In this document: positions 1 to 12,372 of the stretch, piece after piece | How positions within the stretch are numbered: the first letter of the stretch is position 1 | Layout: each line of letters begins with the position of its first letter | Origin: Takakia lepidozioides | Taxonomy: Eukaryota > Plantae > Bryophyta | Direction: 5' to 3' | Length of the DNA: 64,000 nt | Assembly: GCA_030704615.1 (NCBI GenBank) | Contig: CM060731.1 | Location: forward strand, 87,668,001 to 87,732,000 | Program-made: the position numbers and the translations under genes | The notes under the pieces: generated by a model | Database searches by the model: none | What the model saw: the letters and a program-made list of their open reading frames with translations, nothing else | What the model was told of the DNA's origin: nothing

Positions 1-37
1 CGCACGCCATCCTGGCAGTCTTGTGTGCACATCTCCC

Positions 38-3000
38 ATGGCGGAAAACCCGAGCGCTACAGTGTACTGCCCTCCTCACGAGCATAGAGCTTCATTTCCG
101 TGCAGAGGGGACACCTGCCGGGTGATGGAGAAATATCTGTGCGTTCGATACCACCTGAAACCGGGGTCGGTTTTTTTTGGAGGAGGAAAGGAAGGACTCA
201 AACGGCCTTGTTCGAGAGTATTGTTGTGCTCCACGATGATTTCGGCGATGGCAGGGAATGGCGAGTTCCACCATCGGACAGCGTCATATACAGGGCTGTT
301 GGGGACTTCATTTGCCCGCCAAATGCACCGTCTATCCTGGCGCCTTCCACGAAACAATCCGCGAATCAGAGAGTGGGTACCTCAAAGAGAGAAGTCCGCA
401 ACGAAGTAAATCCAGAGCCGAACCCATCCATGAAGACGACCGAGAACCGGGTTGTTCACAACCTGTCCGACTCAGACGAGGTCATGGAAGTTCCGAGGTC
501 GTCCTGGAGATCAGGCAAGTCCTCAATGGACGTCAGTGGAGGAGGGAGTCATATTCCCAGCACGAGCACCGCAGTTCGATCTATTCTAGAAATTCTGCGA
601 GGGCTTCACCTGGAGGGACACCGGTCGGAGCTGGCCGGGCTGGACTACAGCAAGTTCGCAATTAAATCGTTACATGCCTTCCCGCCGACGTCGACGGTAA
701 TATCTTCTTTGAGTTCCCTCCTCGGGCGGACTACTCGAGGGCGTCCGGAATGTTGACAGATATGGATAGAAAACATGACGGTCATCCTTGGTGCGTTACC
801 AAAACCACCAGCATGAAGATGCTTGATGGTGTGCGGGTGCGCTACGTTGTTTGTGCGGGCGCGTTGCGGTGTTTCTCCCCAACTTGCTTCCACTTTAAAT
901 CCAAGGTCACAGGAACGAGACCGATTGGACAGGCACAGCTCACCAACCATTTCGAGCTCAGGAGAAGGTTCCGAACTCCACATTTAAGTGTGCGCATTGC
1001 AAAGAACCACCACACTGCATGTCTGTTTGTAATGCCAAGCAGTTCTATGTGTTGCACCGTTTCCCTGACCTCACCCGAGCTTGCATACACGTTGGTTCCC
1101 ATTGTCACAAATTGGCGAGGGGGAACTCGCGGGAGGCTGCCCACGAAGCAGAGCAGCTCGTTCAGGAGGAGGTTAAGTTGAGACCGGGTGCCAAACCCAA
1201 ACAGATACAGCTCCAAGCCGCCCATAAGATGGCATTGGCCAGAATTATGTCGGAAGACGGCTCCGATAGAGTTCCTCTCGACGAGAAGGAAATGGAGGCA
1301 TTGCTGGAGTCGGTGTCCCACGTATGTTCACCGAATGTCCGAAACCACATTGTCTCATGCAAACAGAAAATTGGGCGTGGCTCGGATATGCACTCCATTC
1401 TGGAGGTGAAGCGACGATGTGGATATGACTACATTCATGGAAGTAGGTTTCCAGGACAAGGGACTGAGGCAGATCGTTGTTTCGTATTCAAAATGTCCAC
1501 GTGTGGACCTGGCAGTGGCGTCGAACTGGTCGACAGGATGACGAGTGGGAACTTGTCAAACAGTTGGGTCATGTTCGACCATATCAAGCGAATTACAAAT
1601 CACCAGTGGGTGACAATGGGTGCACATGTCTACGACACCCACTGCAGGATGCTAATGACAATTGCTATTTGTGAGATGAAAGGAGAGGACACACAATCGG
1701 AGATGCTTCTTTGGCAGGGGAAAACGAACAGATGGCCAAGGCGGGATTGCCCCCTCCCAATTTCCGTGGTTTCATGGCGGACAACGCACAAGCAAATTGG
1801 GCTGCCATCCGAAGGGTGTACGGGCAAGACCCCAATGTTCCCATGGAAGGCAAGGGAGAGATCTTGTGGGTTCCATTTTCTGCAGAGCCTTTCGCAGTAC
1901 ACAACCAGGCTCGTGGCGCCAGATTTCAGAGAGGAGCACCGTTTATGTGCCTTGCGTGGAAGCGCGCTCCACCTTGGATGATGCAGAGACACAGTTTGCA
2001 TGCATACGGGCTTGGTGGACATCGTCAGGTGCTGTAAGGAAATCAGACGAAGGAGCAATGGTCAGTTGGCTAGCATGGTGGCATTATCGTTTCCTCCAGT
2101 TCGGCGACTATATGCGGGAGGTGAGTTGCACGAATTCGCGTCCCGTTGGATATTATTCTTGGCCATATTTGTAACTTGCTTGTAACCTCAACATGTGCTT
2201 GTGCAGGAAATGTGTCTCGACTCCGACACCGACATGCCCACGACAAACATGGCCGAATCAGTGCACTCTTCCTGGCGTGCCTCCTCTGCGGCGCATCTGG
2301 TGGACATCCTCACTGCACACAACGGAGGACATTGTGAGGTCAATGCAGCAATGCAGGTACAACGAGTTCTTGAAAGGGAAACAGTGGGGCTTGGGGCCGG
2401 ACAGGCAGGAAATGCTGATGCGGACTGCCTCCAGATCGAAGAATCCTCGGAAGTGGGCGGCGGCCTTGCGAGAGGGCCTTCGGGACACGCCATTGCTGCG
2501 AAGAGGCCAACATTTGGAAGGAGATGTTCATACCCGTCCAGTGAGACGAAGACTTGACGAGGCACCTGGCGGAGAAGAGGATTCATGGCGAGCTGACAAG
2601 AATATTCGCACGCTCCCTCGTGATCCGGTGATGTTGTCCGAGGAGGTCTCGTCGAGCACCGGAAGTCCTGCACGTTCAAGATCGCCATCTCCTTTGAGCA
2701 CAGGGCGCGTGCCCCGGCAACATAACGAGCCATCTGTAGTAAAGCAATACAACATTCCCATTGTGGAGACAAGAGTGTCGGAGTCACAGTGGAGAATTGC
2801 GGAGGACATTGCCGGCATTTCGAGGGAAGTGTTGCGCCATCCGGGTGGATACGAGAGCACGCGGAGGAACCCACACGGTGCTGTACCTGCACCTTGTTTC
2901 AGCGGCAGATTTTTGACTCCCACATTTGCTCACGCCACAACGCAGACATTTTGGTTCTGTAGGCACGACATAATGACCTGTGTATTTGGCAAGCCCAAGT

Positions 3001-3606
3001 ACGGGATTCAGGGAATGCCGGAGCCTCCGGGCGTCTGGCCTGTTGCACCGGGTTGCAGCCTCTCTCAGAATGAGGCGGATGCTCTATCTGCAGCAGGATT
3101 TCGAATGGTGCAACGCACAGACATCCCGGCCCACGCATTTCCGGTTCCTCAGACCCAGCCATTGCAGACTGCTCGGTCCAGTAGAGACGGATTGGACAAT
3201 TCTGCACATCCCACAATGCGATTCGGAAGAGTGAAGAGACGACACCCTCCCAACAAGTTGAATGAGACTCGGATTGCCAATGCTCTTGGGATGGCTTGCA
3301 CTATTCAGAGCTCCGTGGACGTACCCCCACCCGGCCTTGGGCGTGTATCGGATGGCAACGGCCGGCTCGGCTGTACGCGACGATGTATACACAATTACGA
3401 TTGGAGTGGAGCCGACTTGCAACTGTACGGACTTCTCGTTGATGGAAGCAAAGAAGGGTTCGAAGTATTATCCGTGCAAGCATCTGTATTACATTTACCT
3501 GAAGAGGTTGAGGATGAACGTGACTATTGATGACTTTATTCATGCACCGGCGTTGAGCGTGAACGAGCTGCACAAACTCCTCCTTAGGGATTCCAGAAAT
3601 CATTGA
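38..3606 (+). pseudogene. Mutator-like (MULE) transposase, copy 1: GCM-like zinc domain, DDE core and C-terminal SWIM zinc finger; multiply frameshifted
   Basis: Pieces across ORFs 23-409, 750-1181, 1019-1981, 1711-2037, 2195-2557, 2193-3530 and 3262-3606. GCM-like block DGHPWC..T...CAGALRC...C...HVGSHCH; first D in WVMFD; second D in FRGFMADNA; MULE CxxH motif CGFH; E in TTNMAESVH; SWIM CNCTDF...CKHLYYI. GT-AG intron 2121-2206 joins YMRE to EMCLD. Confidence 0.85.
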
Positions 3607-3759
3607 TGGGGCAAACGGAATCTCCATATGGATATTTTCAAATGCATTTTGCTGTATCAGACTTTTTTTTGCAGTGTAATGAAATGCACCCCAAAACTCC
3701 TGGAATGAGGCAATATTCCATTCAAACTGAGATCCAACAGAAGCAGTTGTGGGGCCATT

Positions 3760-4130
3760 TCTGGAAAAATGGCGCCGAATTTCTCTTTTTGGGGGGCCGA
3801 AAACTCGCTAAGTCCCAACATGCACTGGTACCTGTGTTTGGGAAATGGCGCCGAATTTCTCTTTTGGGGCCGAAAACTGGCTAAGTCCCAACATGCACTG
3901 GTACGTGTCTGGAAAAATGGCGCCGAATTTCTCTTTTTTGGGCGAAAACTGGCTAAGTCCGAACATGCACTGGAAAAATGGCGCCGAATTACCTGTCATG
4001 AGGGGACCTATAGCCGTGGAATTCGGCACCATTTTTCGCCAGAGAGACCTATTGCCGCGAAATACGTCGCCGTTTTTTCAGGTTACGGACCCTATTACCG
4101 CGAAATTCGGCGCCATATTTGCACATGTCG
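3760..4130. repeat. Subterminal array of MULE-1 palindrome variants (AAAATGGCGCCGAATT / AATTCGGCGCCAT)
   Basis: About 6-7 copies of the GGCGCC-centred palindrome, with shared GGCTAAGTCC and CCTATTGCCG flanks also seen at 15.1-15.6 kb. Confidence 0.9.
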
Positions 4131-4318
4131 CTGGGAATTGGAATTGGCATGAAGACGAAATTTCATGAGCACAACTATCAAAAGTGCAATTTTTCCTTCA
4201 AGGGGCCGAATAATATATTTGTTTTTCCTGACACGTTGCATTAAATTATTGTTTTTTTATTGTTTTTTATTTTCGAAATTTGTACTTCTGCTCATGAAAA
4301 CCGATTGTGTTACTACTC

Positions 4319-4364
4319 TGCTCATGCCGCTCATGCCGCTCATGCTCATGAAATAGCAAACCTC
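4319..4364. mobile_element. MULE-1 terminal inverted repeat (transposase side), followed by 9-bp TSD CATAAGATG at 4365-4373
   Basis: GCTCATGCCGCTCATGCCGCTCATGCTCATGAAATAGCAAACCTC matches 18176-18228. Gypsy RT coding sequence (HKMYSFMDGFSGYNQV) starts immediately after it. Confidence 0.88.
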
Positions 4365-6720
4365 CATAAGATGTACTCATTCATGGATGGCTTCAGTGGT
4401 TATAATCAAGTGCAAGTGGCAGAAGAAGATTAAGGAAAGACAGCTTTCATCACAGACTGGGGTGCTTATGCATACAAAGTCATGCCCTTTGGACTTTGTA
4501 ATGCACCAGCAACCTTTCAGAGAGTGATAAGTGAATCTTTTCATGAGTATCTGGATGATTTCATGCAGGTGTTCTTGGATGATTTCAGTGTGTACAACTC
4601 TAAGAATGAGCACTTTCATAAATTGGAGTTATGTCTGGCCAAATGCAGGATGAGAGGTCTGGGCCTGAATCCAGAGAAGTGTACTTTCTGTGTGAACTCA
4701 GGGGTGCTTCTGGGACACATTGTGTGTAAGAGGGGACTTCTTGTGGATCCCAGGAAAACAGAGGCCATTAAAGCCTCTCCACCACCAGTGAATGTTAAGA
4801 GTCTAAGGAGATTCCTTGGACAAACCAGCTATTACAAAAGATTTGTCAGGCGATATGCACAGATAGCAGCACCATTGAGCAGACTTCTGAAGAAAGATGC
4901 AGTGTTTGCATGGACACCTGAATGTCAACAGGCTTTTGAGGAACTTACATTGTCAGTAACAACTATACATGTGCTGATTAATCCTCACTGGCAGGAAATA
5001 TTTCATGTTCACTGTGATGCTTCTGGAGAAGCACTAGGAGCAGTGTTAGCCCAAAATGTTACAGGAATGATAGATTCACCTGTGTACTATGTTAGCCGAT
5101 TGATGAACAATGTCGAAAGAAATTATAGCACAATGGAAAGAGAAGCATTGGCAATGATCTATGTAGTGAAGAAATTCAGGCATTACCTGTTGGGCAAGAA
5201 GTTTATGTTCTATGTGGATCACCAGGCTCTGATATACCTGGTAAACAAACCTCTGATAAGCGGAAGAATAGCAAGATGGTTGATAATCTTGCACGAGTTT
5301 GAGTTCGAGGTTGTTTACAAGCCTGGGAAGCTGCATCTTGTGGCGGATCACTTGTCACGGTTATCAACAGGAGAACCAGCCACGGGAGTAGATGATCAAT
5401 TACCAGATGCGAGTCTATTCGCAATGGAGGTGCAGGGAAGTGCAGATGACTGGTTAGATTGGCAGTGGCCAATCAGATACTACCTTGTTCATGGTCAGTG
5501 CCCACCAAGTTATGGAAAGGAGCAGAGAAAGAGAATTGCTATCAAGGCTCTACCTTTACACTATGGTAGGGAGCAGAATGTATAAGCTAGGACCAGATGG
5601 AGTGCTGAAGCGATGCTTATACCACCATGAAGTTAATAAAGTTCTGGAGGAAGTTCATAAAGGAGTGGCAGGAGGTCATTTTGGAGAAGAGACTACCAGC
5701 AGGAAGATACTACATGCAGGTTACTGGTGGCCTACTTTGTTCAAAGATGTACACAAGTATTGTCAGAGTTGTGATGAATGTCAGAGGCTAGGACCTTTGC
5801 AGAGATCTGGGAAGATGTCTTTGCATCCTACAATGCCTACGGAACCATTTCAGAAATGGGGACTAGACTTTGTTGGACCAATTAACCCACCAGCCAAGAA
5901 TACACAGAACAGGTACATAATTACAGCCACTGATTATACTACGAAGTGGGTGGAAGCTAAAGCTTTGAGGGACAACACAGCCAAGTCCACAGCAAGGTTC
6001 CTGTATGAGAACATACTTACACAATTTGGCTATCCCTTGGAATTTATCAGTGATCAGGGAAGTCACTTCATTAATGAGACCATTGAATTATTGACTAAAG
6101 AGTTCATGATTGTGCATAGGAAGAGTACAACATATTACCCACAGGGTAATGGACAGGCAGAGGCTACCAACAAAATACTATGTACTATCTTGGCTAAGAT
6201 AGTCAATGCAAACAGAACGGATTGGGATACAAAGCTGCTGACAGCTTTGTGGTCATACAGGACTTCATATAAAGTCACCACTAAGTATACACCATTCCAA
6301 TTAGTTTATGGTATGGAAGCTTTACTTCCAGTGGAATTCCTGTTACCTACCATGAGAACGGAATGGGGAAAAAGAATGGAATTGCAAGATTCAATTAAGG
6401 TCAGGAAACATGAATTATACCATGTGGAAGAAGTACGTGCTGATGCAGCTGATAACATGACCAGAATTCAGATGAAGAGAAAGGAACAGTTTGATGAAGG
6501 CAAGATAAAGACTTTTAAGACGGGAGATTTGGTTCTCTGGTTGCAGAAGAAGGGAAAGATTAAAGCTTCTAAGCTTAAATCACCATGGAAAGGACCTTAT
6601 GTCATACAGAAGATGTATGATAACAACACCGCCATGTTACAAACCATTAACAAAGAGATGCTGGGAAGAGTCAATGTCAATAAGTTGAAGGGGTACAGTG
6701 GTATCCATGACAAACCATTG
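4365..6720 (+). mobile_element. Ty3/Gypsy pol, 3' part: RT C-terminal half, RNase H, integrase (frameshifted)
   Basis: MPFGLCNAPATFQR and VFLDDF (RT); HCDASGEALGAVL (RNase H); HHCC zinc finger H...GGHFG...CQSCDEC; WGLDFVG, FISDQGSHF and GQAEATN (DDE integrase); WKGPY (GPY/F). The order RT-RH-INT identifies Gypsy. Confidence 0.95.
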
Positions 6721-6837
6721 CAGCATGATTTGCATGTTGAAACGCAAAAGCAGTCACGGGCTGCGCCAGTGATACCAACGGAGTATGGAGCACTTGTTGC
6801 TAGGCCGAGCATATATGACCAGGGCGGGCAGAACAAG

Positions 6838-7110
6838 CGTGACACAGCCTATCACAGCCCATCACGGCGCGACACAGCCTATCACAGCCCATCAAGGCAC
6901 GACACAGCCTATCACAGCCCATCAAGGCGCGACACAGCCTATCACAGCCCATCACGGCGTGACACAGCCTATCACAGCCCAGCACGGCGCAATACAGCCT
7001 ATCACAACCTACCACCGCGTGTCACAGCCTATCACAGCTTACCACAGTACAACACAGCCTATCACAGCGTACCACAGTATGACACAGCCTGTCACAGCTC
7101 AACACAGCCT
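6838..7110. repeat. 30-bp tandem repeat (GACACAGCCTATCACAGCCCATCACGGCGC), about 9 units, downstream of integrase
   Basis: Directly visible; reads as RDTAYHSPSR repeats in ORF 5485-7719. Confidence 0.95.
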
Positions 7111-7758
7111 ACTAGGGTTACACAATCCATAGAATCAGTGACAGGTGGACGCAGGATAACTTCAAGGAAATGGCCGGCGGAAGAAAGGACGGAAGCCAGT
7201 TTAGAAAGGGACACGTGGAAGTCAGGGCGCAACACACAGCTAAGAAGGAAGTGCAAGAACAGGTGTCATCAAGAAAGAGGACAAGAATGGCCGTCAAAAT
7301 ACCTACTTAGCACGTTAATTCGGATGAATGGCGGGTCCATTAATGAATACGGAAAAAGGGCAACAGAACAAACGGCAAGTACAGAAAAGCGAGATTCTTG
7401 TCACATGTGTTATCGTAGTGGACAGTCCAGCAGGGAAAGTCCACTAAAGAAAATTAAATCTAAAATCCAGTCACAGCGGTTACAGCCAATCAAAAGCCAA
7501 AAAAAGGATCAAGAAATTGGAGGGAATTTAAGCGCAAGAGTCGGCGTCGTTCTAAGTAACGGGCGTCTCGACGGGACAAACCATCAATGCTATAGCTTTG
7601 AAGCTATGGAGGAACTAACAAACTATACGCTCGCAATATTACTTACGCAGTGGCATAGGGACGGAAGAACAGAGCGGATCTTTTCTCTTAATCGATGCTT
7701 GCAAGCCCCGCAGGCTTAGAAGAAATTACCCATAGTTTTTTGTAGCAACCATACGTTT

Positions 7759-9965
7759 ATGCTTTGTGCCCTGCAGGCATTTATTCAATTATTACAGCCA
7801 AAACCTTTCTGTGGGTCTAGAATGAAGAGAGTGAAAGGAATGGAAGAAATCAGGGTGAAGAGCACCACAATCCTGCAGAAACAAACGATTGCTACTCCAC
7901 AGGCGGTACAGTTACTGAAGGAGCTGCGATTGGAAGGATTGCAAAGCAAAGATTGGACATTGCACCATAGACAGTACATGTTACAATTCTTGCAGAACTT
8001 TGAGCCTAGGACAGGAGCAACAACGGTGAAGGGAGTTGAATTCGAAATTACTCCCCTATACCTACAACAATTGTTTGAATTGCCATCAGGTCAGGTGCAT
8101 GTGGAGGAGCACAGGGCAAGACTGCAAATAGGGGACTTATTCCAAGAAGGGAGTTTCTTTAAAACTCAGGGTTATGCTTGTACCAAGGCCGTGTACCCAG
8201 GGCTAAGGGAGGTAGGCCAGGTATTGAACGTTCTGTTTGCCATGAAACAGAACCAACAGTATTTGAGCAGATCCTTCACAGAGGAAATACTCAAAGCCCT
8301 GAGAGGAGAAGAGGTAGCATGAGCGGACATAATGTACAACGCACTGGTAGAGGAGATGAAAAGATTACAGGGCACTGCCGCAAAGTCTCCTATCATAGTG
8401 TCTGGCCCAATCATTGCTCAAATAATTCTTGATTCTTGCATACTTGATGCTCGAGAAAGAAAGGAGATGGGAGTGTTTGAGACTGAAACCACTGCAATGG
8501 AAGAGCAAGGCTCTTCACACAATGAGGGTGGACTGGCAGGGCAACCCCAGACTAAGAGACAGAGGTGGGGAAAGACTGTAGTGGCGGATCCACTGGCGTC
8601 ACGGAAACCGCATGATAATGTTTCCCAAGCTCTTGTGCAGGAAGGGGCACAGCAGCACAGAGAACTGCTATTATTGGAAGCAGGACCTTCAGAGAGGGAA
8701 GAGGAAGTTACTTCAGTATCACAGCCATCACAGCCAGATGATCGGCTTGTCACAGAGTTACCACAAGTTGTCCATGCAGTTCCACCAGAAATAATTGATT
8801 TGGAGAAAGAAGGGTTAGATATTCCCACTACAGAACAGGTGGTGGCAGAAATTGAGAAGGGGGACCTTCTCTATGAATATTCTGGTCTGGTAAAGGAAAC
8901 AGTGATTCCGGAGGTGCAACGGTTGTTCAGGGGAAACCCTGCGGTGCATATAATACACACACCTGTGACGGAGGTACCACAGGTAGAATGTCAAGACACT
9001 GCAGCACCGGTGACGGATGCAGTGGTTCAGGAAGAAAATCTGGTGGGGCAATGGCCTGAGTGATTCGTGAGGCATCACACTGTTGAGGATCAGGGAGAAC
9101 AGCAGCAAGCTCACCATGATGACCCTCAACAGGCCATGCTTATGAGTTCCATAAGCAGGACACTTAATTTGTTGGGCACTTATGTCAAATCCCATGTTCC
9201 AACTACCCAATTGGCAGCTTTGAGGGAGGAACTCAGGAAGGAGTTTGAGGCTCGACTTGCCACTGAGTGTGCAAACAAGGTCAATGAAGAGGTCACTCTC
9301 AAGATGCAGCAAGACTTAGAGAGTACAGAAGCGGCTTTGCAATTGGCCAAGGAACAATTGATTGAGGCAGGCTTCGCGCAAGACCAGTTGCACGAAGCAC
9401 ATAAGCAACAGCTATACCAAATGCAGGTGAAGCATGAAAGCAAGTTGCAAGAAGTGAATGCACTACATACGGAGTTGCAGACAGTGCATGATAGGATGGC
9501 CATACAATGCGCTACACTCACAACTATGCTTGACCAAGCTACAATAGAAATAAACAGTCAAGCGGAAAGATGTACGAAGGCAGAGACAGAGAATGTTGAG
9601 CAATTGAAACTCATTGTCGATATGAAGAATACAATCTGTCGCAATGAGAATACTTTCAAACAATACAGGCAGGTTGAAGCTGACCAAGAGAGGTACATCC
9701 TGGAGTTGCAACAAACGCTCATGGTAAATAGAAATGAACTCTCTGTGGCTAACAAGGCTTGGAAGGAAGCCAATAATCTGGCTGCTGCCTATGCGAGTTT
9801 GGTTGAACCTCATGCGAAGCGCATGGAGGCTTTATAGCAGCAGATAGATGTGTACAGGCTCACAGAGGAGCAGACTCTAAGGGGTGCCACAAGCAACTTG
9901 GTGGATAACCACCTTATGCAGGTCTGGTTAGCACAAGGGCCGGTGGAGAGCAAAGCACCACGAAA
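7759..9965 (+). pseudogene. Additional 3' ORF of the Gypsy element (Athila/Tat-type accessory ORF with coiled-coil C-terminus), interrupted by stops and truncated
   Basis: ORFs 7759-8322, 8332-9063, 9067-9837 and 9850 onward are in one frame, separated by single stops. QFLQNF...TVKGVEFEITP...LFELP resembles plant retrotransposon accessory ORFs. A Q/E/L-rich coiled coil follows, and the sequence switches to MULE DNA at about 9.96 kb. Confidence 0.6.
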
Positions 9966-10054
9966 GCTCACCCACCGAATATCGAACAGGGGACGCCCGG
10001 ATGAAGTCGCCTCGGGCGCAGAGGCCGGCGAGTGTGCGACAGAGAACATCCCAT

Positions 10055-11640
10055 GGACGGAGATTCGGCGCCGAATTTCCATCCGGGCCCCCCCCAAAGG
10101 AAGTCTTGTCGGGGGGTCAGACCGAAAACTGGCCGACATAAAAACTTCCACAGATGGGAAAACGGCGCCGAATTTGCATCCTGCCGAATTTCCATCCAGC
10201 AGGTAGGTGGAATCCCGGATGGATGGAGATTCGGCGCCGAATTTCCGTCCAGCAGGTAAGTGGAATCTCGGGTGGATGGAGATTCGGCGCCGAATTTCCA
10301 TCCTGCAGGTAATTCGAATACCGGATGAATGGTAATTCGGCGCCGAATTTCCATCAAGCACGTAAGCCGAATCCCGCATAAATGGAAATTCGGCGCCGAA
10401 TTTCCATCCAGCAGGTAAGTCGGATGGGTGCCGTATGGATATTCGGCGCCGAATTTCCATTCGACATGTATTTCTGAGCGTGGAATTACCTTCGTGCAGG
10501 TAATTCCCAGATGAGAATTACCTTCGTGCAGGTAATTTCCAGATGAGAATTACCTTCCTCCAGGTAATTCCAATCGATGTGAATTCTTCGTCCACAATTA
10601 CCTGCACGAAGGTAATTCTCATCTGGAAATTACCTGCACGAAGGTAATTCTCATCTGGAAATTACCTGCACAAAGGTAATTCTCATCTGGGAATTACCTG
10701 CACGAAGGTAATTCCACGCTCAGAAATACATGGCGAATGGAAATTCGGCGCCGAATATCCATTTGGCACCGATTCGAATTACCTGCAGGATGGAAATTCG
10801 GCGCCGAATTTCCATTTATGCGGGATTCGACTTACCTGCTGGATGGAAATTCGGCGCCGAATTTCCATTCATCCGGGATTCGACTTACCTGCTGGATGGA
10901 AATTCGGCGCCGAATTTCCATTCATCCGGGATCCGAATTACCTGCAGGAGGGAAATTCGGCGCCGAATTACCTGCTTGAGGGAAATTTGGCGCACCGCCC
11001 TACCTGCGCGGATGGAAATTCGGCGCCGGATTTCGATCCGCGCGCTTCCGAATTACCTGCATGAGGGAAATTTCCACCGCCGCCCTACCTCCGCGGATGG
11101 AAATTCGGCGCCGGATTTCCATCCGCGCGCTTCCGAATTACCTGCATGAGGGAAATTTCCACCGCCGCCCTACCTCCGCGGATGGAAATTCGGCGCCGGA
11201 TTTCCATCCGCGCGCTTCCGAATTACCTGCATGAGGGAAATTTCCACCGCCGCCCTACCTCCGCGGATGGAAATTCGGCGCCGGATTTCCATCCGCGCGC
11301 TTCCGAATTACCTGCATGAGGGAAATTTCCACCGCCGCCCTACCTCCGCGGATGGAAATTCGGCGCCGGATTTCCATCCGCGCGCTTCCGAATTACCTGC
11401 ATGAGGGAAATTTCCACCGCCGCCCTACCTCCGCGGATGGAAATTCGGCGCCGGATTTCCATCCGCGCGCTTCCGAATTACCGGCATGAGGGAAATTTCC
11501 AGCGCCGCCCTTCCTCCGCGGATGGAAATTCGGCGCCGGATATCCATCCTGCTGCGCTCCGAATTACCTGCAGGATGGAAATCCGGCGCCGGAATTCCAT
11601 CGCGCAGCGCTCCGAATTACCTCTACGTTGGAAATTCCGG
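10055..11640. repeat. Central MULE-1 palindrome array: about 20 copies of GAAATTCGGCGCCGAATTTC in 53-bp and 85-bp units, including a large inverted repeat centred near 10583
   Basis: GGCGCC starts at 10233, 10286, 10339, 10392, 10445, then 10747, 10800, 10853, 10906, 10959, 11022, 11107, 11192, 11277, 11362, 11447, 11532, 11585. The arms 10190-10570 and 10597-10960 are reverse complements. Confidence 0.97.
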
Positions 11641-12372
11641 GACTGTTTACGTCGATTTTCATCCGACATGGAGGGCTTCATCCGACATTTAATTGCGCAG
11701 TTGGGCAATAAATGTCGACGGCCGTCGGTTATTATTTGGGCTGGCGACGCATGGCTTCCTGGACACGTACCCTAAATCTCATTCTAAACTTGGCTTAACA
11801 TGGTATTCCAGGCATGTACCCCAAAAAATGAGATCTTTTTGGCTGGGACTTATGCCGCCTGAAGGGCGTGGCTCTCCTGAGAGAGACCTCACATCTAGAC
11901 CGCGGCGGAAGTTGAAAGCTCTGTACTACGGACGACGGCCAATCTCTCGCATGGCCAAACTGAAGCTCCAGCAAGAGATTCCAGTGTCTTGCTCACAACC
12001 TGCGCCAACTGAAGCCGAGTACTCTCAGGCAAGCCACTTCTGCTTTCGGTTTGTTCGATTTATTTTTTGCTTTCGCTTTGTTTTTGCATCTTCATCCTGG
12101 CTTTGCTGTATGAGTGAACTTTAGATAGTTGAGTGAACCTTAGATTGTTTGCAATGCGTGTGCAAATCCGGCAGCTCTGGAGAAGGCTGCTTGTGCATGT
12201 CATTCTTAGGCAATGGTTGCATTTGTTTTCATTGTTGTTGCATGGCTCTCCATACTTCCTAAACTTGTTATGTTTTCATTTTTGCTACATGATTGTTGCT
12301 ATGGTGGTTGCGCTGCTCGTTGCGATGCTGCTTTTTGCACCGATGTTGGTTTTCACGATTTTTGTCAATGAC

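Noticed and set aside
7759-9837. Retroviral envelope gene
   Set aside because: No signal peptide or transmembrane segment is evident; the product is hydrophilic and coiled-coil.
10055-11775. CRISPR array, or real proteins from the MEIRRRISI-type ORFs
   Set aside because: Inter-palindrome sequences are tandem copies rather than unique spacers; the ORFs on both strands are by-products of the palindromic repeat.
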